Shown piece after piece: positions 45,355 through 57,764 of a stretch of DNA of 64,000 bases. The position numbers and the translations under genes are program-made. Numbering within the stretch: the first letter of the stretch is position 1; each line of letters opens with the position of its first letter. This stretch comes from an uncultured Chloroflexia bacterium (GTDB taxonomy: Bacteria > Chloroflexota > Limnocylindria > Limnocylindrales > CSP1-4). The notes beneath the pieces were generated by a model, which ran no database searches, was not told where the DNA came from, and saw only the letters and a list, made by a program, of their open reading frames with translations. The DNA lies in the NCBI GenBank assembly GCA_963741445.1, contig CAVUIE010000001.1, forward strand, positions 510,566 through 574,565, given 5' to 3'.

Positions 45355-47322
45355 TGCCGGAGCCGTCCAGGACGTCGACGACCGGGCTGACGATCGAGGC
45401 GATCACCTCGGTCGACCCGCATCGCGAGTTCCGGCTCCACCCGCGCGACCGGGTCGTCGCCTACACGGCCGATGTCGGCGGCGCGCGCCAGCTGTTCACG
45501 ATGCCGCTCCGCGGCGGGACGCCGACCCAGCTGACCGCCTCGTCGAAGCCGGTCGGCGACCCGCAGTGGTCGCCCGACGGGCGGCGTCTCGCGTTCATCC
45601 GCGACGACGAGCTCTGGGTGGTCGAGGCTGACGGCTCGCGGAGCACGCGCGTGGTCGCCAAGCCGGGCGGCGCCAAGGCCGGACGCTGGTCGCCCGACGG
45701 GCGGCGGCTCGCCTTCCTGTCGCGGCGACGCGGCTGGTCGCAGGTCTGGCTCATCGACGCCCCGGTCCCGCGCCGCGGCCGGCCGGCGAACAGCCCGAAG
45801 GCGCCGGAGGCGACGGTCCTCACCGAGCCCGGGATCGACGTCGACGACTTCCAGTGGTCGCCCGACGGGACCCGCCTGGCGGTCACGGCCCGCCGCCGGC
45901 CGGACGACCTCGAGACCGCCCAGATCGCGCTGGTCGACGTCGCCACGGGCGCGACCCAGGTCGTGGCCGGCGAGAGCCAGCCTCGACACGGGTGCGCGCT
46001 GGCTGCCCGACGGGTCGCTGCTCTACGTCTCGGACGCGGACGGCTGGTTCCAGGTGGTGCGGCTGACCGCCGACGGCCACGACCGGATCGTCCTGACGGC
46101 CGGCGACCGCGAGCACGGCGAGCCGTCCGGCGGGTTCGGCTACGCCCCGCTGCCGTCGCCCGACGGCACCCGCTTCGTGCATGTCGAGGTCCACGACGGG
46201 CTGTGCGACCTGGTCGTCGGGCGACCTGGCCGGGAGCGTCGCCCCGAAGCGGGGCCGCGGCCGTCCGCCGAAGGTGCCGCGCACGGTCGCGGCGGCCGGC
46301 ACCGGTCGTCGGATCAACCCGTGGGACGGCGTCTGGCGCTCGGTCGGCTGGCTGTCGGACGGGGCGTGGATCGCCGCGGTCGGGGACAGCGAGACCCGTT
46401 CGGAGGACCTGTGGCTCCTGCCGGTCCCGGGGGTCGCGCCCGGACGACGCGCGACCGCGCCGGGTCACCGATTCCATGCCCGCCGTGCTCGGCGGCCGCC
46501 CTCGCGGCCGGCCGGGTCCCGGCCGGGGAGCGGGTGACCGTCACGGCGCGCGACGGCCTGCGTCTCGAGGGCACGCTGTGGCGCCCCGTGCCCGCGACCG
46601 GCAAGCGCGGCGGCCGGCGCGTCCCGACCGTCGTCTACCCGCACGGCGGCCCGACCTGGCAGTCGTTCCGGAGCTTCCAGCCGTTCAAGCTGCTGCTGGC
46701 CGAGGCCGGGTTCGCGTTCCTCGACATCGACTTCCGCGGGTCCACCGGCTACGGGCGAGCGTTCCGCCACGCCAACCACGACGAGTGGGGCCACGCCGAC
46801 GTGAACGACGTGATCGACGCCGCCCGCTGGGCGGCCGAGCAGCCCTGGTCCGACGGCCGGCTCGCCGTCTACGGCGGCTCGTACGGCGGCTACCTCGTGC
46901 TCAGCGCTCTCGTCGAGGAGCCGGCCCTGTGGCGGGCCGGGGTCGACCTCTTCGGCGACTCCGAGATCGCCGAGAGCTTCCGTCACGGCGACCGGCCCGG
47001 CCGGCTCGACCTCCAGCGGATGATGGGCTCGCCCGACGACGCGGGGCGCGCGGCCGCCTACCGCCGCGGGTCCCCGGTCTACCGCGCCGAGCGGATCGAG
47101 GCACCGCTGCTGATCCTCCACGGCCGCAAGGACAAGCGGGTGGTGCCGCTGATGACCGAGCGGATGGTCGAGGCGCTCGAGATCGAGGGCAAGACCTTCG
47201 AGGTCCACTGGTACGACGACGAGGGCCACGGCTGGGAGCGCCGGGAGAACCGCCGCGACGCCTACGAGCGCACGCTCGGATTCCTGCGCACGCACGTGCT
47301 CGACGAGGTCCCCGAGGACTGA
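45354..47322 (+). CDS. S9 family serine peptidase (prolyl oligopeptidase or acylaminoacyl peptidase) with a beta-propeller N-domain, frameshifted near 46000-46500.
   Basis: The propeller repeats read WSPDGRRLAF (twice) and WSPDGTRLAV. The catalytic Ser context is VYGGSYGGYL. Asp and His contexts are also present (HGRKDKRV, DDEGHG). Confidence 0.8.
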
Positions 47323-47325
47323 GCG

Positions 47326-47862
47326 TCAGGCGGCCGCCGGCTCCGGATCCGCGCGCATCCCGACGGCGATCACCGTCGCGACGCCGATCCCGATCAGGAC
47401 GTCGCCGATGCTGAAGACGTTGGCCAGCGGGATCGCCGCGGGGATCGCGAAGATGTCGGTCAGGAGCCGGAGCGCCGGGTCGGCGACCACGATGCTGTTG
47501 GTCGGTCCGCTGGTGTCCACGCCGGCGGTCGCCAGCGCGCTCGGATCCGCGGGCATGTACCCGCCGTTCGCGACGATCGCGGCCATGTTGCAGAGCGCGC
47601 CGGCGGCGATGACGGGCATGCCGCGCAGCGGGAGGTTGCGGAGCACCGCGGCGAGGACCGCCACGTTGGAGAGGACGTAGACGACCGGCACCGCGTCGCC
47701 GAGCGCGTCCCCGACCGCCATCGAGTAGATCGCCAGCTGGACCACGAAGCCCGCGACCGCGAGCCAGGCCCAGCGGATCCGCAGCCGGGCGAGGGCCCCG
47801 ATCCGGCCGCCCATCAGGAGCCCCACGAGCAGTCCGACCGGGACGGCGTAGACGATGAACAC
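47326..47862 (-). CDS. Multi-pass membrane protein of unknown function (DUF5317-like).
   Basis: The 178-aa protein has five hydrophobic helices. I recognise no catalytic motifs. Confidence 0.4.
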   Translation of the reverse strand: MFIVYAVPVGLLVGLLMGGRIGALARLRIRWAWLAVAGFVVQLAIYSMAVGDALGDAVPVVYVLSNVAVLAAVLRNLPLRGMPVIAAGALCNMAAIVANGGYMPADPSALATAGVDTSGPTNSIVVADPALRLLTDIFAIPAAIPLANVFSIGDVLIGIGVATVIAVGMRADPEPAAA

Positions 47863-47867
47863 GGACG

Positions 47868-48381
47868 GTCAGTCGGACGGGCGGGCTGATCCCGAGGGCC
47901 TGTTCGAGCTGGTCCGCGTGGTCCTCGAGGTGGCGGTAGATGAACCGCCCGAGCCCGAACTCGACGGTCACCTCGCCGAGGCGCGGATGGAGGCCGACGC
48001 GGGCGAGATCCTCGTCGGACCAGGCGGAGCACGCGGCGATGAGGGCCGCGGCCTTCGCGTCGATGCTGGCGTCGAGCTCGTCGAGCGGCCAGTCGCCGCT
48101 CGCGCTCGATGGCGGCCAGGCGGGCGGCGTCGCTCGAGATCCGGCCGAACGGGACCGGCTCGTCGCTCCGGGACGTCGACGATCCGGCCCAGCTCGCCGT
48201 GCCAGAACCCGATCATCTCGTCGACGTGGGCGAGGACCTCGGGCGGGCCCCACGTCGCCTCGGGGGCATCGTCGAACCGCTCCGAGAGCGGCCACGGTGC
48301 CCCGGCGTGGACCGCGGGGCGCAGGGCGGCGAGCCGCGCCCGGCCCGCCTCGATCCGTGCAGGAGCGTCGTTCGTCGCCAT
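47868..48381 (-). CDS. DinB or MDMPI-N-terminal-like (TIGR03083-type) protein, frameshifted, divergent from hpd.
   Basis: ATNDAPARIEAGRARLAALRPAV...WGPPEVLAHVDEMIGFWHGEL reads as the N-terminal helix bundle of mycothiol-dependent maleylpyruvate isomerase-like proteins. Confidence 0.5.
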
Positions 48382-48484
48382 GGCGGCAGTGTGGCACGAC
48401 CGGCGTAGCATGGGTGGCCACATCACCGGGCCGTCGCGGGGAGACCCGCGGCCGTCCGCCGGCTCGCAGCACGGGAGCGACGCG

Positions 48485-49655
<1,171 letters not shown>

Positions 49656-49682
49656 GCGAGGCTCCCGCGCCACACGTCACCG

Positions 49683-50590
49683 CCGCCTCACGGCGGTGAA
49701 CCTGAGCCGAGATCGACGATCGCCTGGGCCGACGGCGCGGTCCGCCGCCGGCGTCCCGGCGTAGTCGTCGATGATCACGATGACGTCGCGTCCGCCGTCG
49801 ACGTCCAGGATCCACAGGTGCCAGATGGCATTCGGGCCCTGGGCGTACAGGCTGCCGCCGGGGTCGGCCGAAGACGAAGGAGTCGCCGCTGCATCAGCCG
49901 AGGTCGGGCAACTGGAGGTCGATCCGCTTGCCGGAGAAGCCGTCGACCGACACCGGCACGGTGACGTCGAGGCCTCGATGGCCCGGTGGCCGACGAGCGC
50001 GGTCGCCAGGTCGTCGACCGGTCGGGCCGATCGGCTCGTCGCCGGCCTCGGCGTCAACGGGTCCGCATCCATGACATGGATCGCGTGAACAGCGACGTGG
50101 CCATCAGCAGCGCGAGACCCGATCGCCGTCCGGTGCCGACGTGCCCTTCGGCCCGAGATCGCCCAGTCGCCGTACGCGGACCAGCCCGCGGGCACGGGGA
50201 CGCGGACGGTCACGGGTCCTCGGCGAGCGATCCGAATGAGATAGTCGCCCGGCGTCAGGCGTCCGTCAGGACGGCGATCCGGCGATCGGCGATGGCGAGG
50301 GCGACGCGGTCGGGCGTCGCGGTCGGCGCCGGACCGCCGAAGCCGGCGAGGCACCGGGCAGAACGTTGTAGCCGACCACGGCCACGACGAGCACGGCCGC
50401 CAACCCGGCGGCGATCTTGAGGTTGGTGTTCATGGGGATGTCGCCTCCAGGTCGAGGCGCCATCCGGGTCGTTGCGGCTGACGGCCGATCCGGTCGGCGA
50501 CCACGTCGATGACGCGGTCGGGGGCCTGGGTCGGGCCGTCGGCGAACCAGAGATCCAGGAGTCGTTCGGTGTCGCGATCGTGGGTCATGC
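49683..50590 (-). CDS. Anti-sigma factor (module A). It has an N-terminal anti-sigma domain, a TM helix and a type-I periplasmic domain. It is read as a 52-aa ORF plus the downstream ORF and is probably a single gene interrupted by indels.
   Basis: The ATGA overlaps the sigma stop. MTHDRDTERLLDLWFADGPTQAPDRVIDVV...PGWRL is followed by the MNTNLKIAAGLAAVLVVAVV TM helix. The C-terminus WHLWILDVDGGRDVIVIIDDYAGT matches module C. Confidence 0.55.
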
Positions 50591-51136
50591 CGAACGGCCT
50601 CCTTCGAGCGCGACCCGGGCGTCCGCGTCGAGCGCGGCGCGCATGGCGCGATGGGCGTTGTACAAGCGGGAGCGGGCCGTCCCGGCCGGGATCCCGAGGG
50701 TCTCGGCGATCTCGGACGGGGCGTACCCGAGGTAGTGGTGCATGGCGAGGATCGCCCGATGCTCGGGCGGCAGCCGGCGGAACCCGCGTTCGAGCAGGTC
50801 GCGCTCGGCGATGGTGAGCAGGTCATCGGGCGCGGCCGGTCCATCGACCGGCAGGACCCGCAGGTTCGCGGTGCGACGACGCTCGCGCGTCGCCTGGGCG
50901 ATGCAGACGTTGACGACCAGGCGATGCAGCCACGCATCGAAGCGGTCCGGATCGCGGAGTCCCCGCAGGTCGCGCCAGGCGATCACCAATGCGTCCTGGA
51001 GGGCATCCTCGGCCCGATCGACGTCGCGCAGGATCCGCTGTGCGAGCGCGAAGAGCCGGTCGCTGCGAACGCGGATCAGGTCGACGAACGCCGCCTGGTC
51101 CCCGTTCCGTGCCGCCTCGACGAGATCGCGATCCAC
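50588..51136 (-). CDS. ECF sigma factor (module A). The start may be as far upstream as 51244.
   Basis: VDRDLVEAARNGDQAAF...DPDRFDAWLHRLVVNVC...GIPAGTARSRLYNA. Confidence 0.8.
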
Positions 51137-51284
51137 CTGCGCCGCCTCGGTCGTCGCGCCCAGCGGGGGCGCCGTCCGACTCCTATGGTCGAGTCGCCCG
51201 GTCACGCGTTCATTCTTCTCGGCGCTCGCGTCGGGTCTAGGCATGATTCGAGGCCGACAGCGGCCGCCGGAGAGGAGGGACGTC

Positions 51285-51749
51285 GTGTATCAGTGGCTCG
51301 TGTTCGCCCACCTGGTCGGACTGGTCTTCTTCGCGATGTGCCACGGCGTGGCGATCTTCAGCGCGTTCCGGATCCGCAGCCTGCGCGACACGGCGGCCGT
51401 CCGCGGCCAGCTCGAGCTGGCGACGCAGTCGAGCCGGCTGATGTACATCGGCCTGATCCTGCTCGCGGTCGGCGGCATCGGCGCGGCGTCGTCGGCGAAC
51501 CTGTGGGGCGCGGCCTGGATCACGTGGTCGATCGTCGTGTTCATCGCCGTCATCGTGGCGATGTACGCCGTCGGCGGGAGCTACTACTACCCGTTGCGCG
51601 ACCTCGTGTACGGCAAGGACGGCGCGGCGCCGGCCGAGGGCGAGGCCCTGGCCAAGGCCCTGGACTCGCGTCGTCCCGAGATCCTGCTCGCGATCGGTGG
51701 CGGCGGCCTCCTGATCCTCATCTGGCTCATGGTGCTCAAGCCGGCCTGA
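51285..51749 (+). CDS. DUF2269-like four-TM membrane protein.
   Basis: The GTG start has an AGGAGGG RBS. The protein has four hydrophobic helices. Confidence 0.45.
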   Translation: MYQWLVFAHLVGLVFFAMCHGVAIFSAFRIRSLRDTAAVRGQLELATQSSRLMYIGLILLAVGGIGAASSANLWGAAWITWSIVVFIAVIVAMYAVGGSYYYPLRDLVYGKDGAAPAEGEALAKALDSRRPEILLAIGGGGLLILIWLMVLKPA

Positions 51750-51801
51750 CGTCCGCGTCTGCCGCCGCGTATCCTCGACCCGCCCGAACCCGAGGAGACG
51801 C

Positions 51802-52222
51802 GATGACTCGAACCGTGTGGCTGCTGGTCGCCACGTTCGCCTTGGTCCTGACCGCCTGCGGCGGATCGTCATCCGGGACGCACGACATCAAGGGCACCGC
51901 CTGGACCGTGAGCACCATCGGCGGCCAGGCGACCGTGCCCGGTGCGCAGCCGACCGATCGCCTTCGGCAGCGACGGGACGATCAGCGGCTCGACCGGCTG
52001 CAACACGTACTCGGGCACGTACACGGTCGACGGCGACAAGCTGACGGTCTCCCAGCTGGCCATGACCAGGAAGGCCTGCGCGGACCCCGCCGTCAACACC
52101 CAGGAGGCGGCGGTCACGGCGGCCTCACGGGCGCCACGAGCTGGTCCATCGGCTCCGACGGCAACCTGACCATCAAGGGCGCCACCGAGATCGTGGCCAA
52201 GCCGGGCGCCGCCGCCACCTGA
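51802..52222 (+). CDS. META or HslJ-like (DUF306) lipoprotein, frameshifted.
   Basis: The lipobox reads LVLTACGG. The META domain reads TAWTVSTIGG...GSTGCNTYSGTYTVDGDKLTVSQLAMTRKAC in alternate-frame ORF 51942... Confidence 0.5.
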
Positions 52223-52272
52223 TCGAACGGTCCCGGATCGACCGGTCGACGCCGGCCGTCGCTGGAGGGTCG

Positions 52273-53304
52273 GATGCGCATCGCCCACGTCCGCGAGCGG
52301 CACGCCCCGGCGGGTGCGCCCTGGCGGCTGGCCGCGGCTGACCCGTCGGCGGCGCCGGCGTAGGCGATCCGACCCGCTGGATCGACCTCGAGCCGGCCCG
52401 TCGTCGCGCCGTCGCCGACCGGCCCGAGCTGGCGCACGACAGCGCGCTGCATCGCCAGCCGCTGACGACGCTCGACGACCTGCTCGCGCGCCGGATGCGG
52501 GTCGACGCGTTGCGCGACCTCGTCGAGGGCTTCGCCGCCCGCGGCGACGACGACCCGGCGCTCCTCGATGCGGCGGACCTCGTCTTCGGGCCGCCCGTGC
52601 TCCAGCCGCCGTCGATCCGCGACTTCTACGCGTTCGAAGGGCACGTCCGGACGATGTGGGAGCGTCGCGGCGGCGAGGTCCCCGAGGCGTGGTACCGGCT
52701 GCCGATCTTCTACTTCAGCAACGCCTCCGAGGTCCGCGGTCCCGGCGATCCCGTCTGGGCGCCGGCGGCGTCGTCGGAGCTGGACTACGAGCTGGAGGTC
52801 GCGGCGCTGATCGACACCCCGGCCATCGACCTCTCCGACGGCGACGCGGAGGACGCGATCGGCGGCTACACGATCTTCGACGACTGGTCGGCGCGCGACC
52901 TCCAGCGCGACGAGACGACCGTCCGGCTCGGGCCGGCGAAGGGCAAGGACTTCGCGAGCTCCTTCGGGCCGTGGCTCGTGACGCCGGACGAGCTGGCCGA
53001 CGCGCGGTCGGGGACCGGCTACGACCTCGCCATGACCGCCGAGGTGAACGGCACCGAGACCAGCCGCGGCCGCTGGTCGGATGCGCAGTTCTCGTTCGGG
53101 GCGATGGTCGCGCGCGCCTCGGCGGACGCCCGCCTGCGGCCCGGCGACCTCATCGGCAGCGGGACCGTCGGGACCGGCTGCCTGCTCGAGGTCCGCGACG
53201 CGACGCTCGGTCGCTACCTCGAACCCGGTGACGAGGTCACGCTCCGCATCGACCGGCTCGGCGCGCTGACGACCCCGATCGTGGCGCGCCCGCCCGGGAC
53301 CTGA
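52273..53304 (+). CDS. Fumarylacetoacetate hydrolase (FAH) family protein. It has an N-terminal frameshift and is read from ORF 52495...
   Basis: The FAH-fold signature region reads DYELEVAALID...IFDDWSARDLQ. The C-terminus reads DLIGSGTVGTGCLLE...PGDEVTLRIDRLG. Confidence 0.7.
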
Positions 53305-53387
53305 CACGAAGACTGAACCATCGCCGCCGCTGGCGACTCATCGGGGGCGTAGCGTCCACGTCGGACGCATCGACGGAGGACCGCCGG

Positions 53388-53943
53388 GTGCAGCATCAAG
53401 GACTCGTGGACCTGGCTCGTCGGGGTGATGAGGAAGCGTTCACCGACCTCGCACGTGCGGTCGGCGACCGGCTCATGGCGATCGCGTACCGGATCCTTCG
53501 CGACGCGGATCGAGCCGAGGACGCGGTCCAGCAGGCCCTGGTGATCGCCTGGCGCGAGCTGCCGACGCTGCGCGACCCCGACCGGTTCGACGCCTGGCTT
53601 CGGCGGATCCTCGTCAACGCGTGCTACGCGGAGGCGCGGCGACACCGGCGCTGGGCGGCGAACATCCGCGTCCTGCCGGTCGACGGACCGGACGGGCGCG
53701 ACGACATGTCGACCGTCGTCGAACGTGACCGCCTCGAGCGCGGCTTCCGGCGGCTGTCGCCGGAGCAGCGCGCCATCTTCGTCCTGCATCACGACCTCGG
53801 CTTGACGCTCGCGGAGATCGCCGGCGATGCTCGATGTGCCGCTTGGGACGGTCAAGTCGCGCCTTCACCACGCCGCCCAGGGCCTTCGTGCGGCGCTCGA
53901 CGCCGATGCGCGATCGGCCACCATCGCGGAGCGACTCGCATGA
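53388..53943 (+). CDS. ECF sigma factor (module B), with a frameshift near 53825.
   Basis: GLVDLARRGDEEAF...DPDRFDAWLRRILVNAC. Region 4 (LDVPLGTVKSRLHHA) lies in the next frame and ends ...AERLA with an ATGA overlap. Confidence 0.8.
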
Positions 53944-54790
53944 CCACGGACCGCGACTTCGACCGGATCGCCCGCATGCTGGCTGACCGCCGGGCCCGAC
54001 GAGCTGCCCGAACGCGTGGTGGACGCCGTGGCGGACGAGATCCATCACACCCGACAGCGGCATGTCCTGCATCTGCCGCGGAGGTTCCCACCGATGTTCA
54101 TCCCGGCACGTACCGCCGCGATCCTCGTGCTTGCCGCCCTCGTCGCCGTGGCCGGGTTGGCCGTCGTCGGCGGCGCAGGGCGCGGTCCTGCCCCGTCCAA
54201 CACGCCGTCCCCGGAAGCGGCAGCAGACGCAACCTTCGCCCCGATCCCGCCTCCCGTACCTCGACGCGCACATTCATCTCGCCCCGGAACGGGCTGCGCG
54301 TGAACTACCCGGGGGCACGGACGGTGACGCCGGCCACATCGGGATGGCTTCCTGGGACGCAGTGATCGGTACGGCAGCGCTGCCCTCGACGTCCTGCAAG
54401 GCCCGGACGCCAGATTCGTGGCCGCCGCCCAGCTCGTACCTGACGGCATGACCGACGCCGATTGGCTGACGGCCTGGCGTCGCAGCCTCGCGACGCGAGG
54501 TCGAATGCACGAACGTGCCGGCGAGATGGCCCACGGTCCAGATCGTCGGCGATGCCCGGGTACGTCGTCACGGATCGGCGACCAGGAGCAGCGGGCGATC
54601 CCGGTCACGACGAACGCCGGCTCGATGCAGGCCATCGTGATCGTCGCGAACGTGGCGTACGACCTCCGACTGGACGGGAACGTTGACGCGCCTACTTCGA
54701 TGCGCTCCGTCGCGACGATGCGAGCTCGCGCCTTCCGACGTGGGGGACCCGTCGCCCCAGCCCTGAAGCACCAGCCGAGCGGGCATCATC
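53940..54790 (+). CDS. Anti-sigma factor (module B). The 3' end is unresolved because of frameshifts.
   Basis: MTTDRDFDRIA... then ELPERVVDAVADEIHHTRQRHVLHLPRRFPPM followed by the TM helix ARTAAILVLAALVAVAGLAVV (ORF 54016..54303). The periplasmic region is spread over at least two frames. Confidence 0.45.
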
Positions 54791-54795
54791 GGCGC

Positions 54796-55311
54796 ATGAC
54801 CCTCCGCATCGAGCCGATGACCGTCGACGACTGGCCGTCTGTCCGGCGCATCTACACCGAGGGCATCGCGACCGGGGACGCCACGCTCGAGCGCGAGGCG
54901 CCCGACTGGGACCATTTCGACCGGTCCGCATCGCCCCGATTGCCGGCTGGTCGCCAGGCGACGTCGATCCCGACGCGGACGTGCGCGATCGTCGGCTGGA
55001 CCGCGCTGAGCGCGTACTCGGGACGGCGCGTCTACACGGGCGTCGCCTGGGAGAGCGTCTACGTGGCGGAGGCCGCCCGCGGCACGGGCGTCGGCCGCGC
55101 CCTGCTCGAGGCGCTCATCCCGGCGTCCGAGGCGGCCGGGTTCTGGACGCTGCTCGCCGGGGTCCTGGCGGACAACGCCGCGAGCCTCGCGCTCCACGAG
55201 CGGGTCGGCTTCGTCCGCGTCGGCGTCCAGCATCGGCTGGGCCAGGACGCGACGCGGTCGCTGGCGCGACGTCGTCCTGCTCGAGCGGCGGAGCTCGACG
55301 GTCGGCGCTGA
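54796..55311 (+). CDS. GNAT family N-acetyltransferase (phosphinothricin acetyltransferase-like).
   Basis: MTLRIEPMTVDDWPSVRRIY...VYVAEAARGTGVGRALLEAL...LHERVGF shows GNAT motifs A and B. Confidence 0.7.
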   Translation: MTLRIEPMTVDDWPSVRRIYTEGIATGDATLEREAPDWDHFDRSASPRLPAGRQATSIPTRTCAIVGWTALSAYSGRRVYTGVAWESVYVAEAARGTGVGRALLEALIPASEAAGFWTLLAGVLADNAASLALHERVGFVRVGVQHRLGQDATRSLARRRPARAAELDGRR

Positions 55312-55406
55312 GCCGGGCTGCCAGCACGACTGAACGTTCGCGCTGGCCGCCTCCCGTCATAGTGGGTAGTCCGCGGCCATCGAGGTGGCGACGACCGGAG
55401 GTCCAG

Positions 55407-55957
55407 GTGGATCGAGACCTGGTCGAGCAGGCCCGTCGGGGTGATCGCGAGGCGTTCGCCGTCCTGGTGCACCAGGTCAGCGACTCGCTCTACGCGGTCG
55501 CCCAGCGGATCCTGCGCGACTCGGCCTCGCCGAGGACGCGCTGCAGAACGCCCTCGTCCTCGCCTGGCGCCGGATCCCGCATCTGCGGGAGCCGGACCGG
55601 TTCGAAGCCTGGATCCATCGGATCCTCGTCCATGCCTGCTACGACGAAGCGCAGCGGGCACGCCACTGGGTCGCCAACGTCCGCGTCCTGCCCGTCGACG
55701 GGCCATCGACCCCGGACGGAAGCGACGCCATCGCCGACCGCGACGAACTGGAGCGAGCGTTCCGCCGGCTCCCGGTCGACCAGCGGGCGGTCTTCGTCCT
55801 GCACCACTACCTCGGGCTGCCGCTCGTGGAGATCGCCGAGATGCTGGAGATCCCCGCGGGACGGCCCGATCGCGCTTGCACTACGCCACGCGCGGGCTCC
55901 GCGACGCCCTCGATGGCCGAGGCGGAGCCCGCTGTCCACGGAGGACGACTCGCATGA
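55407..55957 (+). CDS. ECF sigma factor (module C), frameshifted.
   Basis: The GTG start has a GGAGG RBS. VDRDLVEQARRGDREAF...EPDRFEAWIHRILVHAC. Region 4 reads LPLVEIAEMLEIPAG. It ends ...GGRLA with an ATGA overlap. Confidence 0.8.
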
Positions 55958-56885
55958 CCGACGATCGCTCGCTCGAACGCGCCGCTCGGTCGTGGCTCGA
56001 GGCCGGTCCGTCCCAGGCGCCCGACCGCGCCGTCGAGGCCGCGCTCCTCCGCATCGAAACGACACCACAGGAGCGGGATCTCGGAGTCCCGTGGAGGTTC
56101 CCCACGATGACCACTCCGGCTCGCGTCGCCTCGGCCGCCGTCATCGGCGTGCTCGCGATCGGCGGCGCGCTCTTCATGCTCGGCAGTCCCGGTCCGATCG
56201 GCCGGTCGGCGGCCCGGCCCGTCGCCGACGCCGAGCCAGCCTGCATCGCCGTCGGCCAGAGTGCCCGCGGCGCTCCATGACGTCCGCTGAGGCGGGGACG
56301 TACTCGTCGCGCCGTTCGGGCGGGACGACCGCCTGTGCACGCGCCGCCATCAGCCCGGATGCACCGAAACAGCCGCCGATCGACGCGATCCGCTTCACGT
56401 TCACCGTCCCCGACGGTTGGGAAGGGCATCGTTCAATTCGATCTGGCTCCCGTGTCGCGAACAACTCGGCTCCCGACGGCGCGAGTCTGATCTTCGAGAG
56501 CGGCGGTCGGCTGTCGAACGATCCGTGCGGAGGCACGCGGGGACATCCCGGTCGGACCGAGCGTCGACGATTTCGCGACCGCGCTTGCGGAGCACCCGAC
56601 CCTCGGGGCGACGACGCCTGTCGATGTCGCGATCGACGGCTACTCCGGGAAGTTCGTGGAGCTCCAGGCGCCGCCGACCTCTCCGGCTTGCCGGCCACGA
56701 TCATGCGGCCCTCCCGTGGGAGTCATCGCTGCTATGTCCAGGGACCGAGCCAGCGTTGGCACCTTCGGATCATCGACGTCGATGGCACTCGGGTGGTGGT
56801 CCAGACCAACGACTATGCCGGGACGTCCGCCGAGCACCGCGCCGAACTCGAGGCGATCGTCGATTCGATCCAGATCAACCCCTGA
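55954..56885 (+). CDS. Anti-sigma factor (module C) with a type-I periplasmic domain, frameshifted.
   Basis: MTDDRSLERAARSWLEAGPSQAPDRAVEAALLRIETTPQERDLGVPWRFPTM is followed by the TM helix AVIGVLAIGGALFML. The C-terminus reads QRWHLRIIDVDGTRVVVQTNDYAGTSAEHRAELEAIVDSIQINP. Confidence 0.65.
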
Positions 56886-57663
56886 GCGAGGTTCGTGCGC
56901 CAGCTCGCCGCCCGCGCGCACCTCGAGCGTCCGGCGCTCCGCGCCGGACGCCACCGTGCCCGCCGCCTCGGCCGCGTCCACGCTGACCAGCAGCTCGCCG
57001 GCCGCGGCCGCGGACGCGAGGCGGGCCGAGGTGTTGACGGGATCGCCGAGCGCGGTGAAGTCGTCGACGAGCCCCTCCGGCCCGGTCGGGCCGACGAACG
57101 CGATCCCGGTGTGGACCCCGGCGCCGATCGGGATCGCGCCCATCGGGGTCGCGTCGGCGCGCCCGGCGCTGGCGACGAGCTCGGTCGCGGCCGCGATCGC
57201 CGCCGCGGCATGGTCGCGGCCCGCTGACCCCGCCGAAGAACAGGCCGATCACCTCGTCGCCGACGAGCTTGTCGACGATGCCGCCGTGGTCGAGGATGGC
57301 CGACGACCCGAGCCGGTAGAAGTACGCGAGGAAGTCGTGGAAGCCGGTGGGGCTGAGCCGCTCGCCGATCGCCGTGGACCCGCGGATGTCGGCGAAGAGC
57401 AGCGTGATCGGGATCTCCGCCCCGGTGACGCCCATCTTGCGGTACTGGCGATGCAGTTCTGGCAGATGGCCGGGTTGCCCGGGAAGCGGGCGAAGCCGAG
57501 GTGCTTCATGACCGCGCCGCCGGCTCCCCCGAACGGGGCGTTGCACAGCTTGCAGCGCGGCGACGACGGGATGCGCTTCATGTTGTTGCGGAACGTTCGC
57601 GAACCCCTCGTGCTCGCCGGTCAGGATCTGCCGGAACTCCTCGTTGGTCCACGTCCCGGGCAT
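56875..57663 (-). CDS. Class III adenylate or guanylate cyclase with an N-terminal zinc ribbon, frameshifted.
   Basis: The cyclase core reads ITLLFADIRGSTAIGE...DKLVGDEVIGLFF and the downstream GAIPIGAGVHTGIAFVG...GDPVNTSARL (ORF 56640..). The N-terminus has CKLCNAPF...CQNC in ORF 57249... Confidence 0.65.
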   Translation of the reverse strand: MPGTWTNEEFRQILTGEHEGFANVPQQHEAHPVVAALQAVQRPVRGSRRRGHEAPRLRPLPGQPGHLPELHRQYRKMGVTGAEIPITLLFADIRGSTAIGERLSPTGFHDFLAYFYRLGSSAILDHGGIVDKLVGDEVIGLFFGGVSGPRPCRGGDRGRDRARRQRRARRRDPDGRDPDRRRGPHRDRVRRPDRAGGARRRLHRARRSRQHLGPPRVRGRGRRAAGQRGRGRGGGHGGVRRGAPDARGARGRRAGARTSLRG

Positions 57664-57764
57664 GGCGCGACTCTACGCCCCGTCACCGGGCTCGCGGATG
57701 ACGGTCCGGACCGACGCCGCCACGACCTAGACTGACCTCCACGGACGAAGGAGGCCAGTCGCCG

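Noticed and set aside
50432-50588. A 52-aa ORF as an independent small anti-sigma protein.
   Set aside because: Its sequence is collinear with the N-domains of the fused anti-sigma factors in modules B-E. It is followed by the expected TM helix in the next ORF. It is probably one gene split by an indel.
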